A stretch of DNA of 64,000 bases from an uncultured Gemmatimonadaceae bacterium (GTDB lineage: Bacteria > Gemmatimonadota > Gemmatimonadetes > Gemmatimonadales > Gemmatimonadaceae): assembly GCA_963740355.1 (NCBI GenBank), contig CAVUDW010000002.1:1376001-1440000 (forward strand), given 5' to 3'. Numbering within the stretch: position 1 is the first letter of the stretch; the number at the start of each line of letters is the position of its first letter. Positions 20,716-30,706 of the stretch are shown here, in pieces. The notes beneath the pieces are model-generated. The model was not told the DNA's origin, ran no database searches, and saw only the letters and a list, made by a program, of their open reading frames with translations. A program made the translations under genes and the position numbers.

Positions 20716-21357
20716 TTGACTGATTTCCCGACCCGCGATTTTGCAGCGGCCGCACCCTCTTCCGAGGATGCGGCCGCTGCGTCGTCACGGGCTGCACGCC
20801 AATTGCTGGACGCCGCCGTGGCGCGTGCCATCGCGACGCTCGCGCACGACCTGCGCAATTCGCTGGGGGTCGTCTCGATGCAGGTCGAGGCGATCGCCGT
20901 GCGGTCTGCGTCGGCCACGCCCGATCTGGCCAAGATTCAGGCCCACGCCAGCGTGGCCGCGGATCACATCGAGCGCCTGGCCGACATGACCAATGCGCTG
21001 ATTGCCTTTGCCCGTGGGCGGACCTCGTCCGATCTCTCCGTCATCGTGGCCGAGGCGGCAGCACTGGTCCCGCTCCGTCCCGTGAACATCTCGAAGCCGC
21101 TGGTGGCAGCCGTTGGCCTCGACCCGATGCTGGTGCGGGCCGTCGCCCTCGAGGTACTGGTGCTGGCCCTCGGCAGCCCCGCTGCTCCCTCCTTTTCCGT
21201 CACGACGAACTCAGCGGGCTCGACCTTGACCGTCGTTTCCGGTGAGCCGCTGATCGCCAATGATGCGCTGGAATGGGTTGTGCAGTTTCAGCGCGTTGGC
21301 GGCCGCATTGATTCTACCGAGGACGGCATGCGTCTTCAGTTCCCGCCGATCGCCTGA
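20716..21357 (+). CDS. sensorless HisKA-containing protein with degenerate ATPase domain
   Basis: LAHDLRNSL H-box; no recognisable N/G1/G2 boxes; directly upstream of a response regulator. Confidence 0.65.
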   Translation: MTDFPTRDFAAAAPSSEDAAAASSRAARQLLDAAVARAIATLAHDLRNSLGVVSMQVEAIAVRSASATPDLAKIQAHASVAADHIERLADMTNALIAFARGRTSSDLSVIVAEAAALVPLRPVNISKPLVAAVGLDPMLVRAVALEVLVLALGSPAAPSFSVTTNSAGSTLTVVSGEPLIANDALEWVVQFQRVGGRIDSTEDGMRLQFPPIA

Positions 21358-21360
21358 ACC

Positions 21361-22839
21361 ATGACAAGTCCAATGGCCAACGCCACGATCCTGATCGCTG
21401 ACGACGAACCCGCCGTCACCACACCCCTCGAAGCGGTGCTCTCGGCTGACGGGTACAACGTGGTCGTGGTGAGCGATGGCAATGCGGCGCTCGAGCGGCT
21501 CGAACAGGACGACATCGCCCTCATCCTCACCGACCTCAAGATGCCCGGCCTCGATGGCATGGCACTGCTCGAGGCGGTGCGCAGCCGCGAGCTGCTGGTC
21601 GAGTGCATCATCATCACCGGTGAAGCGTCGGTCGATACGGCCGTCGAGGCGATGCGCCACGGGGCGTATGACTACATCGAGAAGCCGCTCACCAAGCAGA
21701 AGCTGACGCGGCTGAAGGCGCTGATCCCGAAGGCGATCGAGAAGGAAGCCACGCGTCGCAAGAACCGCGAGCTGTCATCGCGACTCGAAGGCCTCACCAG
21801 CTTCGGTGAACTGATCGGACAGTCGGAGCCGATGCGCGAGGTGTACGGCCTGATCGAGGCCGTCGCGCCCACGAATGCCAGCGTGCTCATTCTCGGCGAA
21901 TCGGGCACGGGCAAGGAGCTTGTAGCTCGCGCGGTGCACCAGAAGAGCGATCGCGCCAAGGGCCCGTTCTACGCGCTCAACTGCGCCGCGTTGCCGAAGG
22001 AGATTCTCGAGAACGAGCTGTTCGGCCACGAGAAGGGCGCCTTCACCGGTTCGGTGAACGAAAAGACCGGCGCCTTCGAGAATGCCATCGGTGGCACGCT
22101 CTTCCTCGATGAGCTGGCCGAGATGCCGGTGGATATCCAGGTCAAGCTGCTGCGTGCCCTCGAGACGCGCTCCATCCGGCGCCTTGGCGGCAAGAAGGAA
22201 ATTCCGGTCGACATCCGCATCGTCGCGGCGACGAACAAGGACATCCAGAAGGCGATCGCCGACAACGAGTTGCGCGAGGACCTCTACTACCGCCTCGCGG
22301 TGGTCGAGTTCGTGCTGCCGCCGCTGCGCGAGCGGGGTGCCGACATCCTGATCCTCGCCGAGGCGTTCCTGTCGCGCTACTCGAAGCAGAATGGCAAGCG
22401 CCTGACCGGCTTTGGGGATGGTGCCCGGGAGTGGATGGCGATGTACCCGTGGCCGGGTAACGTGCGCGAGTTGAAGAACGCGATCGAGCGCGCCGTCATC
22501 CTCGCCCGGACGACGGAAGTCAGCGCCAGCGACCTCCTGCCGCGCCACCTGCGGGGCACGGCGGAAAGCCTCGGCCCGGTGACACTTTCCTTCGGTTCGT
22601 CGGTGGCGGATGCGCGTCGCCAGCTCGCGTTGCGCACCTATGCGCAGCTTGGTGGCGACCTGCCCAAGGCCGCATCGATGCTGGGCCTGAAGGAATCGCA
22701 ACTTCGCGAAGAGCTGATGGCGATGCTCGCCCTGCCCGATCCGTCAGGAGACACCCCACCCGGAGGCGAAGAGGGGAGTGACCGGGCGTCGGTCCGCCTC
22801 GTACGTTCCGATGAGGGCAAGGCTGCGCCCGGACGCTGA
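21361..22839 (+). CDS. sigma54-dependent response regulator (NtrC family)
   Basis: REC (ADDE, TDLKMP), [29 protein letters not shown]. Confidence 0.93.
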   Translation: MTSPMANATILIADDEPAVTTPLEAVLSADGYNVVVVSDGNAALERLEQDDIALILTDLKMPGLDGMALLEAVRSRELLVECIIITGEASVDTAVEAMRHGAYDYIEKPLTKQKLTRLKALIPKAIEKEATRRKNRELSSRLEGLTSFGELIGQSEPMREVYGLIEAVAPTNASVLILGESGTGKELVARAVHQKSDRAKGPFYALNCAALPKEILENELFGHEKGAFTGSVNEKTGAFENAIGGTLFLDELAEMPVDIQVKLLRALETRSIRRLGGKKEIPVDIRIVAATNKDIQKAIADNELREDLYYRLAVVEFVLPPLRERGADILILAEAFLSRYSKQNGKRLTGFGDGAREWMAMYPWPGNVRELKNAIERAVILARTTEVSASDLLPRHLRGTAESLGPVTLSFGSSVADARRQLALRTYAQLGGDLPKAASMLGLKESQLREELMAMLALPDPSGDTPPGGEEGSDRASVRLVRSDEGKAAPGR

Positions 22840-22883
22840 GGTCCGGGAGGCGCCGGTCCGCTTCCACCAACGAAACACGCCCC

Positions 22884-23306
22884 ATGCCGCGACGTGACTG
22901 GGACGACGACGATCAGATCATCATCGTCGAAGAGAACGATTCCTCCGGACTGTCCGCCTTCCTGCTCGGCGCCGCCCTCGGTGCCGGACTGGCGCTGATC
23001 TTCGCACCGCAGACGGGCGCCGAAACGCGCCAGTCGATCAAGCGCAGCGCCAAGAAGGCCGGCGAGGCGACCAAGCGAGCAGGCGAAAAGGTGACCGATG
23101 CGTTGTCGCAGGCGAAGGCAGACCTCGAGTCACGCATCGACTCCGCGAAGTCGTCGCTCGACCTGAAGAAGGTTCAGGTCTCGCGCGCCGTCGACGCCGG
23201 CCGCGAAGCCGCCCGCGCCGCCCGCGAAGACCTCGAGCGTCGCATGTCCGAGCAACGCTCCAGCGAAACCTCCCGCCTCCGCGAACACGACAACGGCGCG
23301 GCTTGA
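22884..23306 (+). CDS. YtxH domain protein
   Basis: FLLGAALGAGLALIFAPQTGAETR followed by coiled coil. Confidence 0.85.
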   Translation: MPRRDWDDDDQIIIVEENDSSGLSAFLLGAALGAGLALIFAPQTGAETRQSIKRSAKKAGEATKRAGEKVTDALSQAKADLESRIDSAKSSLDLKKVQVSRAVDAGREAARAAREDLERRMSEQRSSETSRLREHDNGAA

Positions 23307-23330
23307 GCTCTTGATTCGGGCGTCTGAAAC

Positions 23331-23475
23331 AGCAACTGCATAACGCAGAACTGCACAGCCGCAGAAGAGAACAGCCGCAGAACTGCAAAAGCCACAGAAC
23401 GCAAACGACAGCGTAGCGAGCTGCTACCTGCAGTTGCCCTTCTGCGGCTGTTCGGTTCTGCGTTATGCAGTTGCT
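23331..23475. repeat. long imperfect inverted repeat between convergent genes
   Basis: AGCAACTGCATAACGCAGAAC-tgc-ACAGCCGCAGAAG ... CTTCTGCGGCTGT-tcg-GTTCTGCGTTATGCAGTTGCT, with internal ACAGCCGCAGAA and GCAGAACTGCA direct repeats. Confidence 0.85.
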
Positions 23476-24555
23476 CTAAATCGCAACCGCAGTGGGAGCA
23501 GGCGACGGTGTGTCGCTGCGCCCGGCGGTGACGCCGCAGGATGGGCAGTACTGGAAGAATGCATTCTTGCGGGTGTCGCAGGCGACGCACTTGTCGAAGA
23601 GCTTCATGCCGCAGTGCACGCAGAAGTTCGTGGTAGCATTCGGGCCGCCGGCGATGGCGCGTTCGCAGCCGGGGCACATGTTCGCGCTCATCTTGCGCAG
23701 CGCTTCTTCGTAGCCGAGTGACTGGCGACGCTCGGTTTCCGTCTGCTGCTCGACCAGTTGGCGCTTGGCCACGTAGCGCTGCATCGCTCGGATCACGTAG
23801 TGACCCGCGACCAGCGTGAGGATGATGCCGACGATGTAGCGCACGTAGCCGCCGTAACTCGGCAGGTACGGCACCAGCTCGACGAAGAACGCCACCGCCG
23901 CGAAGAGCACGAAGCCGCGCGCCAGGGGCCAGTACTGGCTCTTCCGCTTCTTCGCGATCAACCAGATGCCGATCAGCAGCAGCGGCAGGGTCAAGGCAAG
24001 CCGGATCGCGAACACACGCAGCTCGAGCTGGAACTGCGCGCGATCGTACATCGGCATTGCGGCATCGCGCAGGTCGGATTCAACGGTCTGCAGCGAGTCC
24101 ATCGACTGCGTGATCACCAGGCGGCGTGCGTCGAGGACTTCGACCGACTTCTGCGCGATGGCCTGCTGCGCCAGCAACGACTCCAGCTCACGCGTCTTGG
24201 CGATCCCCTCGGGATCCTGATCCGGGTTGCTGGTTGCGGTGCGCGTCGAGCGCCAGTTGTCGTACGCTTCCTTGCGATTCTGGTAGGTCGTGCGACTCGA
24301 GTCGAAGGTCTGGTTCGCCGTGTTGCGGCGATTGTCCACCGCGTTCGCTTCGTCCTGGAGTGACTTCCGCTGCGCACGAAGGGGCTGCAGCCTGGCCTGG
24401 TCGATGAACTGGTCCAGCGAAATCGACTGGTCCACGCCCGGCAACTGTCCCACCACTTGGCGCCCGAGGCCCGTCAGGAATCCAGCGAACACCAGCGACA
24501 CGGCCCACATCGCGATGGAGAACAACCGCTCGGGGACGCGCAGGCTCTTGAACAT
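23476..24555 (-). CDS. membrane protein with coiled coil and double zinc ribbon
   Basis: TM segments, ELVPYLPSYGGY, four CxxC motifs at the C-terminus. Confidence 0.8.
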   Translation of the reverse strand: MFKSLRVPERLFSIAMWAVSLVFAGFLTGLGRQVVGQLPGVDQSISLDQFIDQARLQPLRAQRKSLQDEANAVDNRRNTANQTFDSSRTTYQNRKEAYDNWRSTRTATSNPDQDPEGIAKTRELESLLAQQAIAQKSVEVLDARRLVITQSMDSLQTVESDLRDAAMPMYDRAQFQLELRVFAIRLALTLPLLLIGIWLIAKKRKSQYWPLARGFVLFAAVAFFVELVPYLPSYGGYVRYIVGIILTLVAGHYVIRAMQRYVAKRQLVEQQTETERRQSLGYEEALRKMSANMCPGCERAIAGGPNATTNFCVHCGMKLFDKCVACDTRKNAFFQYCPSCGVTAGRSDTPSPAPTAVAI

Positions 24556-24589
24556 GTTTTCTGGCTCGAGGAATGCGGGCTACGCCAAC

Positions 24590-25519
24590 TCAGCGCCCGC
24601 GCAGCGTACCAAGGACAGACTGGAGATTCGTGCCGCGCGCAACAGTCTGGACCCGGTCCTGCACCTTCGGGAAAATCGTCTCCGCTTCCTTCTGGAAGCG
24701 CGTGAACAGCGCCTTCATGTCACTCGTCGAGAGTGAACGACCCTGCGCATAGTACTGCGCGGCGGCATGACCGAGTGCGTAGGTCGCGGCGAAACTCACC
24801 GTTGCACCGGCGGCCATCCCTGTGGCACCGCCGAACATGCCGCCCAGCAACCCACCCGCGAGGCCGCCGAATGTCTTGCGCACTATGCTTTCCATGAACT
24901 GCGCCGCGGCACCGATCCCGAAGGTCGCCGCGAGATCCTTCACCTGCGCCGCCGACATCTGCTGGCCGTTGCGCTGCCCGATGGTGTAGACCAAACGCAG
25001 TTGCAACGGCAGGATCGCCATGTTTGCCAGTCGATCCGGCAGCACTTCGAGCGCTGCGGTCAGGATCGCCTGATCGAGAATCATCGCATCCAGTTCCGCG
25101 GCCGTCGGCGGCTGTGCTGCGGCGGTCGTCGGCACCGGCGGCTGCATCACGGCGCCCGTCAACGCGGCGACCGACGCAATCGCCGACATCTCACCGGTCG
25201 TCGAGCCAATGCCAAGGCTCGACTGGAGCTGCTGCAGGAACACCACTTCCTTGGCGTCGGCAACACCATCTGCATTGCAGACGGCGACTGCGATCTCGTA
25301 CGCCGCGCGCCGCGCGTCATCGGTGGACAATGACCCCGCGAGAATCCGGATATCCTCAGGCGCCGCGGCCGCACGCTGCACCACGGCCTCAGCGTTCGGC
25401 AGGCCGAGGCGCGATGCGGCGGCGGTGATCTGCGCCAGCTCGACCTCGTTCCGGTTGCCGTCGGCGATGGCCGCCTGCGCGGCGATCGTGATGATGACTT
25501 CTGCGTCCGTCGGCGTCAT
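24590..25519 (-). CDS. TerB-like / DUF533-DUF697 family protein
   Basis: AIADG..E, VCNADG..KE; LPLQLRLVYTIG; FAATYALG. Confidence 0.7.
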   Translation of the reverse strand: MTPTDAEVIITIAAQAAIADGNRNEVELAQITAAASRLGLPNAEAVVQRAAAAPEDIRILAGSLSTDDARRAAYEIAVAVCNADGVADAKEVVFLQQLQSSLGIGSTTGEMSAIASVAALTGAVMQPPVPTTAAAQPPTAAELDAMILDQAILTAALEVLPDRLANMAILPLQLRLVYTIGQRNGQQMSAAQVKDLAATFGIGAAAQFMESIVRKTFGGLAGGLLGGMFGGATGMAAGATVSFAATYALGHAAAQYYAQGRSLSTSDMKALFTRFQKEAETIFPKVQDRVQTVARGTNLQSVLGTLRGR

Positions 25520-25568
25520 GGTGCGTATCTCGGTGGGGGAAGTGCAGGACCCTACGCGTGCAATGCCC

Positions 25569-26246
25569 TCAACGTGTCACCTGTCGGTCACACTGCGGTG
25601 AGCCGGCCTTCGCCGCCTCCAGCAGCCCAACCAGTTCCGCGCTCAGGCTTCGCCCACCGTCGTTCGCGTAGAATGTGCTGCGGTAGGTGTGCAGCGAATC
25701 GTCGCTCACGACACCTCGGTTCTTGTTCGTCCACTGCCGCAGCGGCGCGGGCAGCTCCACCAGGCAGCCGGCGTCGTTTCCGTTGGCATCCAGCAGAATG
25801 AAGGTCGGCGTCGCCATCCGGCCGTCCTGCGTACGATGCGTGTTCGCCGCACTCTCGCCAACGGTGGGCGTCACGATGCGCAGCGAAAGACCGGGCACCG
25901 AATCGGCGAGCCGCGCGGCGTAGGGCACGGAATTCATCGAATCGCCGCATCCATCGCGCGCCACCACCAGAATCTGCCACGTCCCACCAACCGCCCGTGC
26001 CCGCTGCAACAGCGCCGGGCCAACCGACGCCTCGCGCTGGAGACGCAGCCAGCCTTCGCGTCGCGCCGTCGCCTTGTCGACGAATTCGGCGAACGTCTGC
26101 CCGCGATCGAAGAGTGTTCGCAGCACGCTGTCGGTCGCGACCACCGGCGCACTGGCCAGCGGGCGCGCAAGCGTGGCCGGCAGCGTGGTCAGTGGCGTGG
26201 CGGGTTGGCAGACGGACAGGCTGGCGATCAGGACGGTGACGAACAT
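25569..26246 (-). CDS. thioredoxin-like (Thioredoxin_9) exported protein
   Basis: GCGDS..SVP, TPTFILLD. Confidence 0.75.
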   Translation of the reverse strand: MFVTVLIASLSVCQPATPLTTLPATLARPLASAPVVATDSVLRTLFDRGQTFAEFVDKATARREGWLRLQREASVGPALLQRARAVGGTWQILVVARDGCGDSMNSVPYAARLADSVPGLSLRIVTPTVGESAANTHRTQDGRMATPTFILLDANGNDAGCLVELPAPLRQWTNKNRGVVSDDSLHTYRSTFYANDGGRSLSAELVGLLEAAKAGSPQCDRQVTR

Positions 26247-26276
26247 GGCAATTGGGCAGGAGGACGACGACGGCGC

Positions 26277-26654
26277 TTACCGGACAAGATCATTCCCCGT
26301 GTGCGCCACGCGCCACACCCAGTAGATCAACAGTGGTTGCAAGGGAAGCCGGATCCAGCAGGCCAACTGGAAGAGCAAGCTGGCGTTGCGCGACATCGCC
26401 AGCCGCAACATCTCGATGTTGGCTGGAAAGACAGCCAGCAGCAGGGCGATCAGCCCGATCGCTGCCCAGAGGCGCGTGGCCGGCAGCAGCAGGCCCAGCC
26501 CCCCGAGGATCTCGAACACCCCGCTGATGTACACCAGCATCAGCGGCCTCGGCAGCCACGCCGGCATGATCCCCATGTACACGCGCGGGATCACGAAATG
26601 GAGGATGCCCGCCACCACGAAGCCGATCGTGGTGACGAGCAGGCCCGTCGTCAC
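26277..26654 (-). CDS. DoxX-like membrane protein
   Basis: GILHF, SGVFEILGG, VFPANI, RLPLQ. Confidence 0.85.
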   Translation of the reverse strand: MTTGLLVTTIGFVVAGILHFVIPRVYMGIMPAWLPRPLMLVYISGVFEILGGLGLLLPATRLWAAIGLIALLLAVFPANIEMLRLAMSRNASLLFQLACWIRLPLQPLLIYWVWRVAHTGNDLVR

Positions 26655-26694
26655 GACGCCGGTACCGGCGCCGATGCTTTCCCAGACAGCAGGC

Positions 26695-27741
26695 TCACGC
26701 GCCCAGCGTCTTGAGGTCGATCACGAAACGGTACTTCACGTCACCCTTCAGCATGCGCTCGTATGCCTCGTTGATCGTGTCCATCGCGATCACTTCGACA
26801 TCGGCGGTGATCCCGTGCTCTCCACAGAAATCGAGCATTTCCTGCGTTTCGCGAATGCCACCGATCAATGAACCCGCCAGCGAGCGACGCTGACCGATGA
26901 GCACGAACGGGTGCACCACCGGTGGCGCGTCAGGCACACCAACCAGCGTCATCGTCCCGTCGCGCTTCAGCATGTTGATGAACTGCATCAGGTCATGCGG
27001 CGCCGACACTGTATTGAGGATGAAGTCGAATGTGCCGGCGTGCGCCTTCATCGCCTTGGCATCATTACTCATCACCACTTCGTCTGCGCCGAGGCGCAGG
27101 GCATCTTCCACCTTGCCCTTCGACGTGGTGAACTGGACCACGTGCGCACCGAACGCCTTCGCGAACTTGAGCGCCATGTGTCCCAGACCGCCGAGGCCGA
27201 CCACACCCACCTTCTGTCCGGCACCGACCTTCCAGTGGCGGAGCGGGGAATAGGTCGTGATGCCTGCGCACAACAGCGGTGCCACGCCGGCCAGATCGAG
27301 CGACTTGGGGATCGTCAGCGCAAAGGCTTCGTCCACCACCAGGTTGTTCGCATAACCCCCGTAGGTCAACTCGCCATGCTTGTCGCGGCTGTTGTACGTG
27401 AAGGTCGCGCCGGTCGTGCAGTACTGTTCTTCACCGTCGACGCAGTTCGCGCAGGTGCGGCACGATTCGACCAGGCACCCCACACCGGCCAGGTCGCCGA
27501 CCTTGAACTTCTTCACGTCGCTGCCGACTGCCGTCACGGTGCCGACGATCTCGTGGCCCGGGACCATCGGGAAGAGCGCGCCGCCCCATTCGTCGCGAAC
27601 CTGGTGCAGGTCGCTGTGGCAGACGCCGCAGAATGCGACCTCGATCTGGATGTCGAGCGGCCCCGGCGTGCGGCGCTCGAAGGCAAAGGGCGCGAGCGGT
27701 GCTTTCGCCGTCTGTGCGGCGTAACCGTGTGATGCAATCAT
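26695..27741 (-). CDS. Zn-dependent NAD(P) alcohol dehydrogenase (YahK/CAD-like)
   Basis: CGVCHSD, GHEIVG, PLLCAGITTYSPL, GLGGLGH, DVKYRFVID. Confidence 0.93.
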   Translation of the reverse strand: MIASHGYAAQTAKAPLAPFAFERRTPGPLDIQIEVAFCGVCHSDLHQVRDEWGGALFPMVPGHEIVGTVTAVGSDVKKFKVGDLAGVGCLVESCRTCANCVDGEEQYCTTGATFTYNSRDKHGELTYGGYANNLVVDEAFALTIPKSLDLAGVAPLLCAGITTYSPLRHWKVGAGQKVGVVGLGGLGHMALKFAKAFGAHVVQFTTSKGKVEDALRLGADEVVMSNDAKAMKAHAGTFDFILNTVSAPHDLMQFINMLKRDGTMTLVGVPDAPPVVHPFVLIGQRRSLAGSLIGGIRETQEMLDFCGEHGITADVEVIAMDTINEAYERMLKGDVKYRFVIDLKTLGA

Positions 27742-27920
27742 TCTGTATGAATCCGGTGAGTTCTGAGGGTGACCGTACGTAGTCGAGGCGTCTGGCTGTA
27801 ATTTACCTGAACTGGACAGCCCATGCTGTCTCGATAGAACCCGAGGTTGGCCCGGAAGGTGCCGGCTCGTCCGTTCTTGCTGCGCCATCTCCGAACGCAC
27901 GCCTTGCAACGCGGGAATCC

Positions 27921-28283
27921 ATGTCTGACCGCATTTCGCTGGACGAGAAGTTCGCCAGCTTCGCTGAGCACTGGAGTCCGAAAATCGTCGCCGACCTGAA
28001 CGGCCAGCAGGTCAAGCTGGTCAAGTTCCAGGGCGCCTTCGATTGGCATTCCCACGCCGACGAGGACGAACTTTTCCTCGTGCACCGGGGTGAATTCACG
28101 ATGGAATTTCGCGATCGCATCGTGCCACTGCGCGCCGGTGACATGCTGGTGGTCCCGCGTGGCGTGGAACACCGGCCGGTCGCCGAGTTCGAGTGTGCGG
28201 TCCTCCTGTTCGAGCCGGCCTCGACGCTGAACACCGGCGACGCGATCACCGAGCGCACCAAGCACGTGCTCGATCGGATCTGA
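27921..28283 (+). CDS. cupin domain protein
   Basis: WHSHADEDELF, VPRGVEHRP. Confidence 0.9.
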   Translation: MSDRISLDEKFASFAEHWSPKIVADLNGQQVKLVKFQGAFDWHSHADEDELFLVHRGEFTMEFRDRIVPLRAGDMLVVPRGVEHRPVAEFECAVLLFEPASTLNTGDAITERTKHVLDRI

Positions 28284-28323
28284 TGCCTCAGTTCGTCGGG
28301 CGATCCCTTTTGCGCCAACCGGC

Positions 28324-29298
28324 GTGAGCCACAGCCGCCAGAAGCCCCCGCGGAAGGGAACGCCAACCCGCGGCACTGGGTCGGCGCCACTCGTCGCGGG
28401 CTTCACCGCCGAGCACCCGGCGTCACCGCTCGCGATCGCCAAGAGCTTCGCCGGACAGGTGTGGAAAAGCCTCGGCGACGACGATGTGATGTTTCTCGCC
28501 AGCGGCGTGTCGTTCAACCTGCTGCTGGCGGTCGTCCCGTTCGTCCTGCTGCTCGTGTCGGTCTCGATCCTCTTCCTCGGCAGCACGCCGGACAGCGCCG
28601 CCGACGTAGCGCTGCAATTCCTCGACCGGTTGCTGCCGGCGAAGAATTGGTCGGATGGTGACAATATTCGCCAGACCATCCGGGAAATCGCACGAGTCAG
28701 CGGCTCGGTGACGCTCTACTCGTCGATCGGCTTCGTCTGGTTCTCGACGCGCGTCTTCAGCTCGATGCGCAGTGTCTTCCAGAAGACCTTCGACGTGCCC
28801 AACGAACGTGGCATCCTGCACGGCAAGCTGTTCGACATTGCCTGCGCGATGATCGCAGCGGTGGGCATCACCGCTTATGGCTCGCTGAGCGCCTACCTGC
28901 TCGCGGCGACGACGCGCGGCGCGGCGGTGCTGACGCAACTCGGTGTGCGCGAAAGCGTGATGGGACCGATCGAATATGGGTTTGGCCGCGTGATCGCCTT
29001 CCTCGTGGTGGTGCTGCTCTGCTTCAGCGCCTATCGGCTGGTGCCGAACAGGCCGATTCCGTCGCGCACCGCGTGGGTCGGCTCGATCACCACCAGTATC
29101 CTGTTCGAGCTCGCGCGCATCGGCTTCGGGAACTACGTCAACACCTTCTCACCGAGCTCGCTCTACACCGGCACCATCGCCACGCTGGTCGTGGTGACGC
29201 TCTGGACCTACTACGCCTCGCTGATCTTCATCATTGGTGCCGAGGTGGCGCAGGTGGTGGAGCTACGCCGACACCCGAAACTGCCGCACAAGAAATGA
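28324..29298 (+). CDS. YihY/BrkB family membrane protein
   Basis: ASGVSFNLLLAVVP, YRLVP, LYTGTIA, IGAEV. Confidence 0.85.
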   Translation: MSHSRQKPPRKGTPTRGTGSAPLVAGFTAEHPASPLAIAKSFAGQVWKSLGDDDVMFLASGVSFNLLLAVVPFVLLLVSVSILFLGSTPDSAADVALQFLDRLLPAKNWSDGDNIRQTIREIARVSGSVTLYSSIGFVWFSTRVFSSMRSVFQKTFDVPNERGILHGKLFDIACAMIAAVGITAYGSLSAYLLAATTRGAAVLTQLGVRESVMGPIEYGFGRVIAFLVVVLLCFSAYRLVPNRPIPSRTAWVGSITTSILFELARIGFGNYVNTFSPSSLYTGTIATLVVVTLWTYYASLIFIIGAEVAQVVELRRHPKLPHKK

Positions 29299-30314
29299 TC
29301 GATCTTCGCAGCGACACGGTCACTCGACCCACGGCAGCCATGCGGGCCGCGATGGCGAATGCACCGGTGGATGACGATGTGCTTGGGCACGACCCGACGG
29401 TGCTCGAGCTGGAAACCGAGGTCGCCGCCCTGCTGGGCAAGGAAGCGGCACTCTACTTCCCCAGCGGCACGATGGCCAACCAGACCGCACTCTGGCTGCT
29501 GGCGGAGCCGGGAACGGAGGCGCTCTGTGATGCCCGCTCGCACATCTACGACTGGGAAGGGGCCGGTGCGGCCGTCTTGCGTGGCGTGCAGTTGCGCATC
29601 ATCACGCCGACTGGCGCAACCATCCGTGCCGACGATGTGATGCGAGGGATCCGCACACCGTCACGCTACGCGCCGCGCACCTCGCTGCTCTGCCTCGAGA
29701 ATACAAACAATGGCGCTGGCGGGGCCATCACACCGCTCAAGGATCTGCTGGCGCTCGGCGACGCTGGACGCGCGCTTGGCTTGAAGGTGCACCTCGATGG
29801 CGCGCGACTCTGGAATGCACACGCCGCCACGGGCACGCCGTTGCACGAGTTCGCGAAGGCCGCCGATACCGTGATGGTCAGCTTTTCCAAGGGACTCGGC
29901 GCGCCCGTCGGTGCGGCGCTGGCCGGCTCGAAGGAGTTGATCGCGGCGGCGTGGGAAGTGCGCAAGCGATTCGGTGGCGGCATGCGTCAGGCCGGGATCA
30001 TCGCGGCCGGCGCGCTGCACGGTGTGCGTCACCATCTCGCCCGGTTGCCGGAGGATCATGCAAACGCGAGGGCGTTCGCGGCGGCGGTGGATGGCGCCGG
30101 TGGTGCGAGGCCCGTGTCGCCGGACTCGAACATCGTGATGATCGACCTTCGCGAGGGGCAGCGTTCTGCCGACGTGGTGGCGGCGGCGAAGGCTGCCGGT
30201 GTGGCCCTGTCGGACTGGGCCCCGACACGCGTGCGGGCGGTGTTCCACCTCGACGTGTCGGCCGCGGCGGCGCTCGACGCCGGCCGCATCGTCGCGACCG
30301 TCCTCGGGCAATAG
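29295..30314 (+). CDS. ltaE: low-specificity L-threonine aldolase
   Basis: IDLRSDTVT, SGTMANQ, HLDGARLWNA, SKGLGAPVG, GGGMRQAG. Confidence 0.93.
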   Translation: MIDLRSDTVTRPTAAMRAAMANAPVDDDVLGHDPTVLELETEVAALLGKEAALYFPSGTMANQTALWLLAEPGTEALCDARSHIYDWEGAGAAVLRGVQLRIITPTGATIRADDVMRGIRTPSRYAPRTSLLCLENTNNGAGGAITPLKDLLALGDAGRALGLKVHLDGARLWNAHAATGTPLHEFAKAADTVMVSFSKGLGAPVGAALAGSKELIAAAWEVRKRFGGGMRQAGIIAAGALHGVRHHLARLPEDHANARAFAAAVDGAGGARPVSPDSNIVMIDLREGQRSADVVAAAKAAGVALSDWAPTRVRAVFHLDVSAAAALDAGRIVATVLGQ

Positions 30315-30334
30315 GCAATCGGCAACAGGCAATT
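30307..30334 (+). repeat. heptamer tandem repeat GGCAA(T/C)N x4
   Basis: GGCAATA GGCAATC GGCAACA GGCAATT spanning the ltaE stop. Confidence 0.6.
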
Positions 30335-30424
30335 TGGGAGAGCCGCGTTTCGTCGCGGCTGGGGTGATTCGCGCGGCGCGGCCTGCACTACGCACTTCAG
30401 TGCCCGCCCACTAGATTATTTCTT

Positions 30425-30521
30425 GCTCCAGGTCCCGGAGGGCGTGAGCCCGCTAACCGCGTCAGGACCGAGAGGTAGCAGCGCCGTGTGGTGTCTTGCG
30501 TTGCTCCGTCAGGCCTGGAGT
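30425..30521 (+). ncRNA. ffs: SRP 4.5S RNA
   Basis: GTCAGGACCGAGAGGTAGCAGC domain IV motif; terminal helix CTCCAGG/CCTGGAG; lies upstream of dnaX. Confidence 0.88.
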
Positions 30522-30706
30522 ATCGCGCGGCCGTTCGATCGTCCTGGTGTCGGACGGCGAGGCCGCGCGATTCGTTTCTGCAGGTTCGTGTTCTGCCAGT
30601 ACGTGTGCGTGATCCCTCTGTGGATCACCCGCGTCGCCACGCGCGGCGCCCGCCGGCTCGTGTCGCTCCGGTTGACCCTTGCGCCCCCCGGGAGGATTCC
30701 CAGCCC

